A stretch of DNA of 63,530 nucleotides, counting the filler, from Octopus bimaculoides (taxonomy: Eukaryota): assembly GCF_001194135.2 (NCBI RefSeq). It is 6 parts of 5 records of this genome, joined end to end, with 100 filler letters (N's around TTAATTAATTAA, not from the genome) between each part and the next. Parts side by side here need not be neighbours in the genome. Positions count along the whole stretch, not along the records: positions 6,465 to 11,229 come from NC_068982.1; positions 11,330 to 29,578 come from NC_068993.1; 4 more parts are not named here. One strand, given 5' to 3'. The position numbers were made by a program, and so were the translations under genes. Below the pieces are notes generated by a model. It worked only from the letters and a program-made list of their open reading frames with translations. It was not told the DNA's origin and did no database searches. How positions within the stretch are numbered: position 1 is the stretch's first letter; every line of letters starts with the position of its first letter. Of the stretch, positions 10,975-22,355 are shown in pieces.

Positions 10975-11140
10975 CGTGCCTGGGTGTGTGGTAAGAAGTT
11001 TGCTTCCAAACCACATGGTTCCGGATTGGGTTCCACTGTGTGGTAGCCTGGTAAAGTGTCTTCTACTATCGACCTAGGCCGACCAAAGGCTTGTGAGTGG
11101 ATTTGGTAGATGGAAACTGAAAAGAGCCCGCCGTATATAT
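10975..11140 (+). mobile_element. SINE family A, 5' half (tRNA-like head)
   Basis: Head with A/B-box-like segments followed by the family body ccaaagccttgtgagtggatttggtaga.ggaaactgaaagaagcc. Confidence 0.8.
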
Positions 11141-11168
11141 GTGTCTGTGTGTTTGCGTGCGTACATAC

Positions 11169-11229
<61 letters not shown>

Positions 11230-11329
11230 NNNNNNNNNNNNNNNNNNNNNNNNNNNNNNNNNNNNNNNNNNNNTTAATTAATTAANNNNNNNNNNNNNNN
11301 NNNNNNNNNNNNNNNNNNNNNNNNNNNNN
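11230..11329. other. Artificial scaffold spacer N44-TTAATTAATTAA-N44
   Basis: Same 100-nt structure. Confidence 0.95.
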
Positions 11330-11489
11330 TATATATATTATATATATATAATCATAGATATACATATATATAGATATAGATAGATAGATAATGTGCATAT
11401 ATGTACGTGTTTGTGTATATGTTTGTGTGAATGTGTGTGTGTTTATTTATGTGCTTGTCTGTGTATGCACATCTATATCTCTTGTGTTT

Positions 11490-11866
11490 TTTTATCTTTC
11501 AGTTGTTTCAGTCATTTGAGTGCGGCCATGCTGGGGCACTGTACTGAAGGATTTTAGTCAGACAAATCAATCCCAGGATTTAGTTTTTTAAGCCTATTAC
11601 TTATTCTATCAGTCTCTTTTGTAGAACCCGTAAGTTACGGGGACTTAAACACACAAACACCGGTTGTCAAGCGGTGGTTGGGGACAAACACAAGCACACA
11701 TGAACAAAAACAATAGCCTTCTTTCAGTTTCCGTGTACTAAATCTACTCACAATTCCTTAGTCGGCCCGAGGCTAGAGCAGAAGACACCTGCCCAAAGTG
11801 CGACGCAGTAGAACAAAACCCAGGACCATTTAATGGGGAGTCAAGCTTCTTACTACACAGCCATAC
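11490..11866 (-). mobile_element. SINE family A, near full length
   Basis: Head, body, CA linker and tail are all present in reverse orientation. Confidence 0.85.
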
Positions 11867-11899
11867 CTATATATCTATATAATATATAAACGGTTCTTG

Positions 11900-12095
11900 T
11901 ATGAATATCTTCAACGGATTCCAGATAACCCCGCACCTCCCACCCGGACATATCTCAGCAAATAATAACTCTGAACCCGAATAGGCTATAGTGCCCAAAG
12001 AATGATTCATACGAGACGCCTTTAAATGTCTCTTCCAGGGGATGCTATTAAGTTACACTTGGTCTGGGAAAATGCTGGCCGAAACTCATGTAAGT
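11900..12095 (+). mobile_element. PLE 3' end remnant with a decayed hammerhead-like motif
   Basis: CAGGGGA (degenerate CUGAGGA, 12036-12042) ... GGCC-GAAAC-UCAU-GUA (12081-12092). Confidence 0.35.
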
Positions 12096-12112
12096 ATACA
12101 TACATACATACA

Positions 12113-12144
<32 letters not shown>

Positions 12145-12179
12145 CATACATACATACATACATACATACNNNNNNNNNN

Positions 12180-12211
<32 letters not shown>

Positions 12212-12239
12212 CATACATACATACATACATACATACTGT

Positions 12240-12970
12240 TATGTCTCAAGCTACTGCTATCTAGCACCTTCGGATGATCTCTACTCAACCGTTATACAAC
12301 TGCTACTCGACTGCTACTGAACAACCCTACCACGGCCAGACTACCTCTATTTATATGTCTTGGGAGATCCAACTTCTTCGCCTGGGGGCGTCGACACAAC
12401 ACATACATATATACATTCATAAATATATACATATGCAAGTAAGTTTTAACTTTATATTTCTGACGCCACTCTATCTATCTTTGCATCTTTCTCCCCCTCT
12501 CGTTCTTCCTTCTGTTGTTCTTCGCCTCACCCCTTCACTATTATATATCTCTCTCTTCCTCCCCTTTTTCTCTCTCTACCACTCTTTCTCCTTACCACTC
12601 GCTGGTCACATGTGTCCGGCTACTACGTCCTTTCTTATCTTGGCTACTGCCAAGCTCGCACAAACTTTCTTCTCTCTTCCTTTCAGTTCGTCACATCACA
12701 GCGTTCCTATACATATATTTTTTTCACGCCTATCCTTATAGCGCTTCTTGTTTATTTTCACTGTTTCGTTTTCTTGTCGTGTTTTCTGTTCGCCACTATA
12801 TTCCTCCGCGCTACAAATTTAATTTGTTTCCGCGGGAAGAGCCATTCTAACAATGCGTCCTGCTCTAACTCTTCGAAACGCTTAGTTTTAGAATGATGGA
12901 AGCTGATGAAGGAAATGTTCTCTATGTGGCCTGTGTGTTTTCTGTGCTCTGTTTATGTTCTGTTTCTCAC
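12240..12970 (+). mobile_element. Probable PLE 3' UTR / pLTR remnant
   Basis: Pyrimidine-rich tract and gaagag...ctcttc-gaaacg hairpin near 12836-12880, resembling a decayed hammerhead. Confidence 0.3.
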
Positions 12971-12992
12971 GGACCAAAAATTAAATTTGTAC

Positions 12993-13735
12993 CATGGAGG
13001 AATGTAGTGGTAAGAAGCTGTGGGGCGGCGAACTGGCAGAAACGTTAGCACGCCGGGCGAAATGATTAGCGGTATTTCGTCTGCCGTTACGTTCTGAGTT
13101 TAAATTCCGCCGAGGTCGACTTTGCTTTCCATTCTTTTGGGTTCGATAAATTAAGTACCAGTTACGCACTGGGGTCGATGTAATCGACTTAATCCCTTTG
13201 TCTGTCCTTGTTTGTCCCCTCTATGTTTAGCCCCTTGTGGGCAACAAAGAAATAAGAAGCTTGCTTACCGACCATATGGTTCCAGGTTCAGTCGCACTGC
13301 GTGGCACTTTGAGCAAGTGACTTTTACTATAGCCTTGGGCGAACTAACGCCTTGTGAGTGGGTTTGGTTGGCAGAAACTGAAAAGAAGCCGACTTTTGTA
13401 TGTATGTGTGTGGGTGTATGTGTGTGTGTGTATGTGTGTGTGTGCGCGCGTGCGTGTGTGTGTTTGTTGTGTGGGTTTGTGCGTGTGTTTGTGTGTGTGT
13501 GTGTGTTTACGTTTGTGTTTGTTTGTGTGTGTGTGTGTGTGTGTGTTATCTATCACCACTTGACAACCAGTGTTGGTGTGTTTACGTCCCTGTAACTTAG
13601 TGGTTCAGCAAAAGGAACCAACAGAATAAGTGCTAGGCTTTAAAAAAATTCCTGGGGTCGATTTGTTCGACTAAAAAACCCTTCAAGTAACTGCTCCAGC
13701 ATGGCCGTTGTCAGATGGCTGAAACAAGTAGAAAC
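12993..13735 (+). mobile_element. SINE family A, full length, head interrupted by family B
   Basis: Head begins at 12993 and resumes at 13253; then body, (TG)n linker and tail. Confidence 0.8.
13020..13252 (+). mobile_element. SINE family B (tRNA head, Meta-like central domain), full length with 9-bp TSD
   Basis: B-box-like gagtttaaattcc; central ggtcgactttgctttccattcttttgggttcgataaattaagtaccag resembles the MetaSINE domain. TSD taagaagct at 13011-13019 and 13253-13261. Confidence 0.85.
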
Positions 13736-13979
13736 TAAACTATAACAGTAAGTACTATAAAGCTACAAAGTAAACTAGTTTCAATTCTTGATTGAAAGCC
13801 TTTCACTTCCCCCAACTCTCCTAATGTTCTTCTCGTCTTAAAGAGGCTGACTATATTTACACATTAAAGCAATATAGAAAATCCTGTTAACGGCAGATAA
13901 ATTCCTAAATTGTAGTGTGACCACCATAATTATTGCATTCATTGCTAACAATCATTTCATTTTCTATGCTATGCAAATG

Positions 13980-14261
13980 CTAAAGCTCCACGAGGCTCCA
14001 GCAGGGGATGGTGGCGAACCCTGCTGTACTCTTTCACCACAGCTTTCTCTCACTCTTTCTTCCTGTTTCTGTTGTACCTGTAATTCAAAGGGTCAGCCTT
14101 GTCACACTGTGTCATGCTGAATATCTCCGAGAACTACGTTAAGGGTACAAGTGTCTGTGGAGTGTTCAGCCACTTGCACGTTAGTTTCACGAGCAGGCTG
14201 TTCCGTTGATCGGATCAACTGGAACCCTCGACGTCGTAAGCGACGGAGTGCCAACAACAAA
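13980..14261 (+). mobile_element. Dispersed repeat family C (probable non-LTR 3' end or SINE, CAA tail)
   Basis: Collinear and highly similar to 61799-62080. Confidence 0.8.
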
Positions 14262-14749
14262 ATTTGTCACAACATTGTATCACCTCTACCCAAAAACTAT
14301 GTTGCATTGTACCTCGTCCAAAATAGTTTTATTTTTGGAAAGAGATAAGCTGGTGTCTAGCTCTAGCTAGGTACGCCAATCGGTTTGTATTCTCAGTAGA
14401 ATCTTATTCAACCAATGGCCGTGAGAAAATTACGATTGTTCAAAGTTTTATTTCCCTACCGTAATAAAATATTGTAGTTGTGAGAAAACAAGAAATCAGC
14501 ATTTGTTTCTTACATGAATTTGAAACATCACATGATATCTATGGCAAAAGAGCAGCAATTTCCAGGGGATAGGTAAAGTCCATTGTTTCTGTCTGAGTAT
14601 ATTAATGGAATTCAATTTATCGAAGACAAAAAGGCAATGTCTATCCCAGAAGGATTTGCACTTGGAATGTAGAGGGAATAAACTAAACGCTCCAAGCCAT
14701 CTAACTTACAATTCTACAACCCCTGCCACCTCTCCACTTACAACTCCTT

Positions 14750-14782
14750 ATACTACTACTACTACTAGTAGTAGTAGTAGTA

Positions 14783-14834
<52 letters not shown>

Positions 14835-14850
14835 TAACAACAACAACAAC
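14750..14850. repeat. (ACT)n/(AGT)n/(AAT)n/(AAC)n compound trinucleotide repeat
   Basis: Direct reading. Confidence 0.95.
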
Positions 14851-15759
14851 AATGGTTTCCATCTCTGCGGTACTTAGAAATACAAACAGAAGAGACGAAC
14901 CATTTTAGAATATGTATACAAATTATCAAATTGCAAAAGACGAGATACAGAGTACACAAACTAAAGTCACAAAACACTCGCCCACCTACAAACGCAATGC
15001 ACTTTCACACACGCTCATATACACACACGCGTGCGCACACACATGCATACATACATACATGCATACATACATACATACATACATACATACATACGTACAT
15101 ATATATTTTTGTGTGCTCACGCGTGTGTGTGTGCGTGTAGCAAACGTTAAAGGCACATGGCCAAGTGTTTATGGCTTGAGCTCACGATCATAAAGCTGTG
15201 AGTTCAATATCTGTACTTGACTGGTGCTATAAATTATCAACTCCGCAAAGATAAAATGCGAAGTTGACATCGGTCCGACGCGAACATAAAGGCCCGTAAG
15301 AAATAAAACGCTATGCATTTTGTCTTTCAATCTTGTCTTCCCTTCAATCTTCTTTTCGCCGTATACCGCCCAACCCCCGTGACAGAGGGAAACGGCCCTT
15401 CCTTCCTAGTGAAAGGCAGGTGTGTGGGGGGGGGGTTGAATTCTACGATGCAGTCGGATGATAGCCGAATGCGCCCGGCACATGACAAAATTATATTCAC
15501 GATAAATAATGATTAAGTAATGATTTTCGATAATGCTAACTGAACAAATGATAATTAGCAGACATTCTATCATGTCTCATCATCTAAAACGGATATCCTG
15601 GCTGGTAAGAAAACAACGCCCATATCAGGACAAATCAATGCGGTGAAAGAGAAAGAAATATGTTTTAAATACACACATGAGCATCGTGCTTAATAATAAA
15701 CGGCGTGGCGATGAATATAAAAATCAACTTTGTTCAGATTTCATATATTGATTTTATTA

Positions 15760-16990
15760 TCAATATTGGTAATCAAGAACGTTGGATTGGTAGAACTGTT
15801 AGTGTCAGACAAACTGCTTCATGTTTTTTTGTTGTTGCTACTTTTCACGTTCAGAGTTCAAAAACGACGAGGTCAACATTGCTTCTCATTCATTGGGGTT
15901 CCATAAAGTACCCTGGGGGTCTGTTTAACAAGTGAACTATTATGATTATTAATATCATTATTGCTGTTGTTGTCGCGCCAGGAAAAATGCCTAGCGGGAT
16001 TTCGCCAGTATTCACTTTCCGAGTTCAAATACAGACGAGGTCAACTTTGCATTTTATCCGTTCCGGGTCGATAAATTAAGTACCAGTGAAACACTGAGGA
16101 CGGTATAATCGACTGGTCCATTCCCCCCAAATTTCAGGACTTTTGCCTTTCGTAGAAAGGATTATTATTATCAATGTTACGGCGCTGGGCAAAATGCTTC
16201 GCGGTATTTCGCCCGTATTCACATTCTGTGTTCAAATTCAGCCGAAGTCGACTTTGTGGTTCATCCTATCAAGGTCAATGAATTAAAGACCAGTGAAACA
16301 TTGGGGTCGATGTTATCGACTAGTCCCTTCCCCACAAAATTTAAGGTCTTGTTCCTTTAGTAAAAAAGATTATTATTGTTGTTAGTGGGCAGGGAAAAAA
16401 TGCTTAGCGGTTTTTCGCCCGTATTCTCGCTCTGAGTTCAAATTCAGACGAGGTCGGCTTTGCCTTTCGTTTTTTCGGTGTCGATAAATTAAGTGCCAGG
16501 GAAATACTGGGGTCGATGTAATGGACTTAACCCCTTCCTGAACTTGTTGGACTTGTGCCAAATTTTGAAACTGTTATTTTCAATATTGACAATGCGGTAG
16601 ATGATGAGCTTGCAGAATCGTTAGGGCGCCTCACAAAATGCCTTGCGGTATTTCTTCCGACTCTTCATGTTCTGGGTTCAAGTCACGCCGAGATCAACTT
16701 TAACTTTTGTCTCTCTAGGTTCATAATGTAATCAACGAAACTCCTCTGAAGCTTCTAAATTATTAACCAATATTGTAAAGTTGTGGCTTGTTGGATGAAG
16801 GATGCAAAGAGGCGAACCAACCATTGCGGAATATATTTTCGTCACTCTACGTTCACATTTCAACTTATGCTGAAGATCACGCTTGCTTTTCGCGCAGGGT
16901 CGACAAATTACTAGTGATGTAACATGATGGACCCAAATGTCTAAACGACTTCCTTACAGTTTTATGCCAGTGTACAGAAGTTAGAAATCA
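15760..16990 (+). mobile_element. Head-to-tail array of about six decayed family B SINEs
   Basis: The motif ttctgagttcaaat...gaggtcgactttgc...ggtcgataaattaagtaccagtgaaacactgggg recurs about every 200 nt, separated by (ATT)-rich tails. Confidence 0.8.
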
Positions 16991-17433
16991 TCATTATGTC
17001 ATTAATTAGACGTCAAGAATAGAGGCAAGAAAACGGGTAAATTAAATGCAATACATTATTTAATTGCTTTAATTGCATACCTGTTCATTCTGAGTGCAAT
17101 TCCCATTTCATCACATTAAATATCACTAAAACAAGCACTAGCTATATACTGTGTTGACACAATCCATTATACCTTAACATTTATTGATGGTGTTCTCAGT
17201 AAAAAACCTCCAACAAAACATTAATTTATTTATTGCGTATCACTTATAATGATACTATAATAACCGTCAAGGTTTAAGTATTGTCGGAAATATTGGTTCC
17301 TCGGTAAATGAGTGAGTATATGCATGTATCTGTATTCTAGTTTCGATTCGTGATCGAACAGTTCCATTAATTTCGCGATGACTTACTTTGTTTTTTCAGA
17401 AACGAAAAATTTGTGGAAATTCTGGCTTAAAAG

Positions 17434-18080
17434 GTGCAGGCGTGGTTGTGTGGTAAAAAGCTTGCTTCCCAACCGCATGATTCCGATTTCAGTCATGCAG
17501 CGTGACATCTTGGCGGGTGTCTTTTACTGTAGCAACAAATCGAACAAAGCCTTGTGAGTGGATTTGGTAGATGGAATCTGAAAGAAACCCGTCGTGTGTA
17601 TATATATAGAGAGNNNNNNNNNNNNNNNNNNNNNNNNNNNNNNNNNNNNNNNNNNNNNNNNNNNNNNNNNNNNNNNNNNNNNNNNNNNNNNNNNNNNNNN
17701 NNNNNNNNNNNNNNNNNNNNNNNNNNNNNNNNNNNNNNNNNNNNNNNNNNNNNNNNNNNNNNNNNNNNNNNNNNNNNNNNNNNNNNNNNNNNNNNNNNNN
17801 NNNNNNNNNNNNNNNNNNNNNNNNNNNNNNNNNNNNNNNNNNNNNNNNNNNNNNNNNNNNNNNNNNNNNNNNNNNNNNNNNNNNNNNNNNNNNNNNNNNN
17901 NNNNNNNNNNNNNNNNNNNNNNNNNNNNNNNNNNNNNNNNNNNNNNNNNNNNNNNNNNNNNNNNNNNNNNNNNNNNNNNNNNNNNNNNNNNNNNNNNNNN
18001 NNNNNNNNNAGAGAGGGAGGAGGGAGAGAGAGATATGTGTCTTTGTTTGTGCTTGTCCCCGCTCCCCGCTTGACAAAATA
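17434..18080 (+). mobile_element. SINE family A spanning a gap
   Basis: Head and body at 17434-17600; start of the 3' half at 18030-18080. Confidence 0.75.
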
Positions 18081-18783
18081 TTAAGAATCTGAAATGTAGG
18101 TTAGAGAATGTAGCTTGTTTTAGTCACCTAAAAAAAAAAAAAACCATGGTGACTACCATAAGCCACTGGCTCTTTGACACCACACTTTCTTTCCTTAAAA
18201 TGTATCAAGAGAAAATCATACAGTAAACACACGTGTATTTCGAAGCCATACACATAGGATGCTTTCATCTCAGTAAAGCAACATAGTAAAATACTCAATA
18301 TTCATTTGGCTGCTGAGAGACTCACACTTTAGATTTGAAAATGACGTAACAACCGATGGTATCATACAAACCACTGACTTCTTGGTTGGAAGTCTAACTT
18401 CTCACTCAACGGTGATTCATCTTGAAATAGCTTAAACTTGAATATTTTCTATTACGTTTACATGGATACACATCTCTATGGTAAGAGAATGGAGAATTAA
18501 AACCAAATTATGGACTGGGCTGAATTGTACCAGTAAACCGTTTTACGACTATTGATATAATTTATGCTAATATCCAGCGCAATAATAAACGTAACACTAT
18601 ATTGATAACATAAAACTGTAAAATGTATGCTTCTAATCATAACTTTTCTAAATCAACCCGCTTATACATGATTAAACAGACATATACAAACACGCAACCA
18701 AGTGCTTTCGCTTGCAGTTCCACTGTGAAGCCGACTGATTTATTATGATGGCATTTCGTGGACAGAAATTGTGCGAATGTAAC

Positions 18784-18789
<6 letters not shown>

Positions 18790-18861
<72 letters not shown>

Positions 18862-18922
18862 CACACACACACACACACACATATATATACATGCATACAT
18901 ACATACATACATACATACATAC
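18790..18922. repeat. (CT)n-(CA)n-(TACA)n compound microsatellite
   Basis: Direct reading. Confidence 0.97.
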
Positions 18923-19194
18923 AAAATATACATGTATATATGTGTTTGCACTCGCGTTTTCTTGCGGTTGTCACTGCTTGGCAACCGTCATCGTTCTTTT
19001 TTATTTCATTTTATTTTTTTGTCTATTTCTTTTATTCTGTAATTTCAGTTGGCAAAAGAAGCCTGATGGCTAAGTATCGAACAAAATCAAGTACTGCAGT
19101 CGATTCAATTAGTTAGACTTTTTGAGAGGGTATCCAGGCATGGTCGCAGTCCAATGACTGAAACAAGCAAAAAGAGGGAAAGTGATGATAATCT

Positions 19195-19410
19195 TTTTCT
19201 ACAATAGTCACAAGGAAGAATTTCGAGGGAAGAGTTAAGCCAATTACACCGACCCTAGTGATCATCTGTTATATATTTTATCGTTCTCGGAAGAATGAAA
19301 GGCAAAGCTCACCTCGGCGGACTTAGAACTCAGAGCATAAAATCAGACGAAATACCGCTAAGCATATCTGTCCGGCGTGCAAACGATTCTGCTACCTCGC
19401 TGCCTTGACT
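19195..19410 (-). mobile_element. SINE family B
   Basis: Reverse complement of the family B head and central domain. Confidence 0.8.
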
Positions 19411-19589
19411 TAAGGGGATAACAATGATAACAACTATGACAAAAAGTATATGTTTCTGATGTAATTTGCTTCATTATATATTTGAGGATAAAAAGCCAAT
19501 AGTTTTAGTTGTCTACGGAGTCACAAGCAGATACAAGCACATCTCGACTTTCTTACACTTTGATACAGCGGCACATCAGTGCTTGGCTG

Positions 19590-19735
19590 CTACTCATTTT
19601 TAGCTGAGTAGATTTAAGGAGACTGTAAATGAAATACCTTGCTGAAAGACACAATTCTCCACCTAATCGAGCAATCGAACCCATGGCATTATGATGGTGA
19701 GTAGAAAACCACCAACTAATAGGTCGTACGCATTC
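19590..19735 (-). mobile_element. Decayed CORE-like SINE
   Basis: Reverse strand shows a tRNA-like head and gtgtctttcagcaaggtatttcatttacagtctcc...actcagctaaaaatgagt, similar to 47390-47530. Confidence 0.4.
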
Positions 19736-20323
19736 ACAAAACCTAGAATACAATGATATAAGTATGAATTCTTTGTCCAAGAATTCTTTCGCTTATGATT
19801 TTGTTCTGAATATTCTCCTGTGTTTTGGAGCGATTTAAGTTTGCTTATTCCACACTTCATTATTTCTAGATATAAAACAATAGTGTTGAGGCATTTTCGA
19901 ACACGGCAAAGAAAATCACATTCTGAAAATATATTGTGTTCGCAGATGATAGAACTGAAATGACAAAAGTAGAAAGCAGGCGACACTAAAGGTATACAAG
20001 TGACAGTCCTTGTAAACAATCTAGTTATTCCACAGACTAGTGGATTTCAGAGACTGTAAGCTTGGCATGGCAGTGATCAATGATTTTCCAATTCACTTGA
20101 AATGTTACAATTCATGATTACTGACAGGTGTATGAAATGTAAGCTTTCTAGTTTTATTTCAGAAAGAATTGTTAGTAAATTAATGCCACTCCTCTTAGAG
20201 AGTATTTGCTTGCCTATAACTTCACGTTTTGCTTCCGAAATGGAATGAATTATTTCAAAGTCAGGACAAAATAGGATAAATATAAACCAAACAAAAAAAA
20301 AATTAAATAAATCAATACACTAA

Positions 20324-20324
<1 letters not shown>

Positions 20325-20380
<56 letters not shown>
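20325..20380. repeat. (AAT)n microsatellite
   Basis: Direct reading. Confidence 0.97.
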
Positions 20381-20381
<1 letters not shown>

Positions 20382-20893
20382 GGAAAGCGACAAAAGTAAT
20401 GGTCAGATTTTTATTGTTGCAGTCAGTTATTGATCAGAAGAACACTAGAAATGTAAGTGTTGCTGTCTATAATGGCGTATGTATTAGCAAATTAGAAAAA
20501 AGTTGGTATTAAGACACATTATACTCAATGAACTTACTTCGACAACATTATTATTACTATCGCTGTTGTTGTTGTTGTTGCTGCAGCTGTTGTTGTTTCT
20601 TTAAGTTGATATAGATCCTCGCATCATGAAAGTAGTCTAGTGTATTTAAATATTAAATATGTACTTTATAAAATTTAGTTTATTCAGATTTCTACTTTCA
20701 GCTATTTAGAAAATTATTAAAAATTTTTTTTTTTTAAATGTTTATGCAAATAATCTATGTCCTTTGCTTAAAAAAATATCGATTCCACCACCACCACCAC
20801 CACCACCACCCTCACAAACACAGCTTTTAATAAAGAAAACAGAAACACGTATCCTCACTCACACACGCATACACACTTACACACAGAGATACA

Positions 20894-20940
<47 letters not shown>

Positions 20941-21489
20941 CTCACAGCATTTCTTCTGCTTGCGTATTGATAATTCCATCCTTTCAAGATTAATATTTAA
21001 ATATTTTGTAGAATAACCGAATAAACCAGTGCATAAGCTGGCTCTTCAGTACTTCCCGATAGAATCAAAATATTATCAGTCATTGTCTACAATGCTTTTT
21101 ACTCACTGCATCATATTCTCAAGTTAGCCATCTGCATTATTTTATTCTTTTTTACTGGTTTCCATCACTAGACTTTGGCTAAGCTGGAGCATCATCTCTA
21201 GAATATATTTGATTATGATTGCACATGCATACGTAAATTAAAGAAAAAAACTCACAATAGCTAGTGGCGTGTATTTGAAGAACACAGACAAATACAGGGA
21301 TAAAGAATGCCAAAGAACGTATACTCATGATTTATTATATAATTAACCCTGCCTCCAGAGGATGGTTCATAATTACCAAATGATAATTAAGACCAGCTCC
21401 GCTTAAGGAAGGGAGATTATCTCTCGAAACAAGAATTCTCTTAGTAAAACTAAGTAAAAAGACTCGCGTAATGTCTGGAAACAAGCAAA

Positions 21490-21540
21490 CAGTCATGGAC
21501 ACGTGTTTCTGATCCAATCGCTGTCGTCAGTACAACAATT
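21490..21540 (-). ncRNA. Hammerhead motif with palindromic stem III, partly decayed
   Basis: GUUGUA-CUGACGA-CAGC[GAU UGG AUC]A-GAA-ACACGUGU-C-CAUGAC. GUC cleavage triplet; stem I GUUGU/AUGAC after one A-C mismatch; stem II base imperfect. Confidence 0.5.
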
Positions 21541-22149
21541 GTCCAACATGTGTCCGGTAGCCAAGGCATTTAGACCTATACCAAAAAGAAAAAAAAAGGA
21601 GTAGAACACATTTGTGACCCGAGTAATTTGCATGACTTAAACAAAAATGAGCTACACACATATCTATTTATACATCTTTCCCTCCCTTTTTTTATATATA
21701 TCGTTTATTGAACCTGTGTTTTTCTCACAACTGAAATTTTACGTCTGCGTGATTGTCAGATCTAGCCTGATGATGGCTGTAACTTATATAACTCAGTAAT
21801 CACAAATCAAGAAACAAACGTCAATCATAAAGCGCTACCACCACTACAATGACAACCACCAGCAAACAAACGTTATTATCGTCAGCCACACCATCAGTTC
21901 TCATTCTCATCACCAGCGTCTCCAACACCAGCCTACTTCCCAGTTCCGTGAATTAATGCTCAGGTCTCCGTTGATGATTTTGCTGTTGCTTAATATCGTT
22001 TTTTCGCTTCCTATCTCTGTCCACTTCTCCTTATTTTCCTCTACTCATTTTAACGAGCAGATAGTCTTTACAAAGCCTCTAGATCTTCTTATGTGGCTAT
22101 GAAGTTCTTCATGATGGAACAAATCTCTCATCTGATGATAACGCAATTT

Positions 22150-22355
22150 TTGGCACAAGGCCAGCAATTTCAGGGGAGCAGCAAAATCGATTTTATCGAC
22201 CCTAGTAATCAACTGTTACTCATTGTGTCGACTCTGAATTGATGAAAGGCAAAGACAACCACAGCGGAATTTGAACTCAGAATGTGAAGGCGGACAAAAC
22301 GCTACTAAGCATTACGCCCGGCGTGCTAATGACTCTACCAGCTTGCCGCCTTAAT
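22150..22355 (-). mobile_element. SINE family B
   Basis: Reverse complement of the family B consensus. Confidence 0.8.

Noticed and set aside
13917-14348. ORFs of 65-67 aa with a similar counterpart at 61778-62199
   Set aside because: The similarity is the non-coding repeat family C, and stops and frames differ between copies.
17260-17430. Apparent 90-nt intron (gtgagt...tttcag) joining YYNNRQGLSIVGNIGSSVNE to NEKFVEILA*
   Set aside because: No upstream acceptor or start, no recognisable protein, and it runs into a SINE.
21010-21050. Minus-strand CUGAAGA-G-CCAG...CUGG
   Set aside because: The hairpin is not followed by GAAA.
21767-21805. CTGATGATGGCTG...CAGT
   Set aside because: No GAAA or cleavage triplet downstream.
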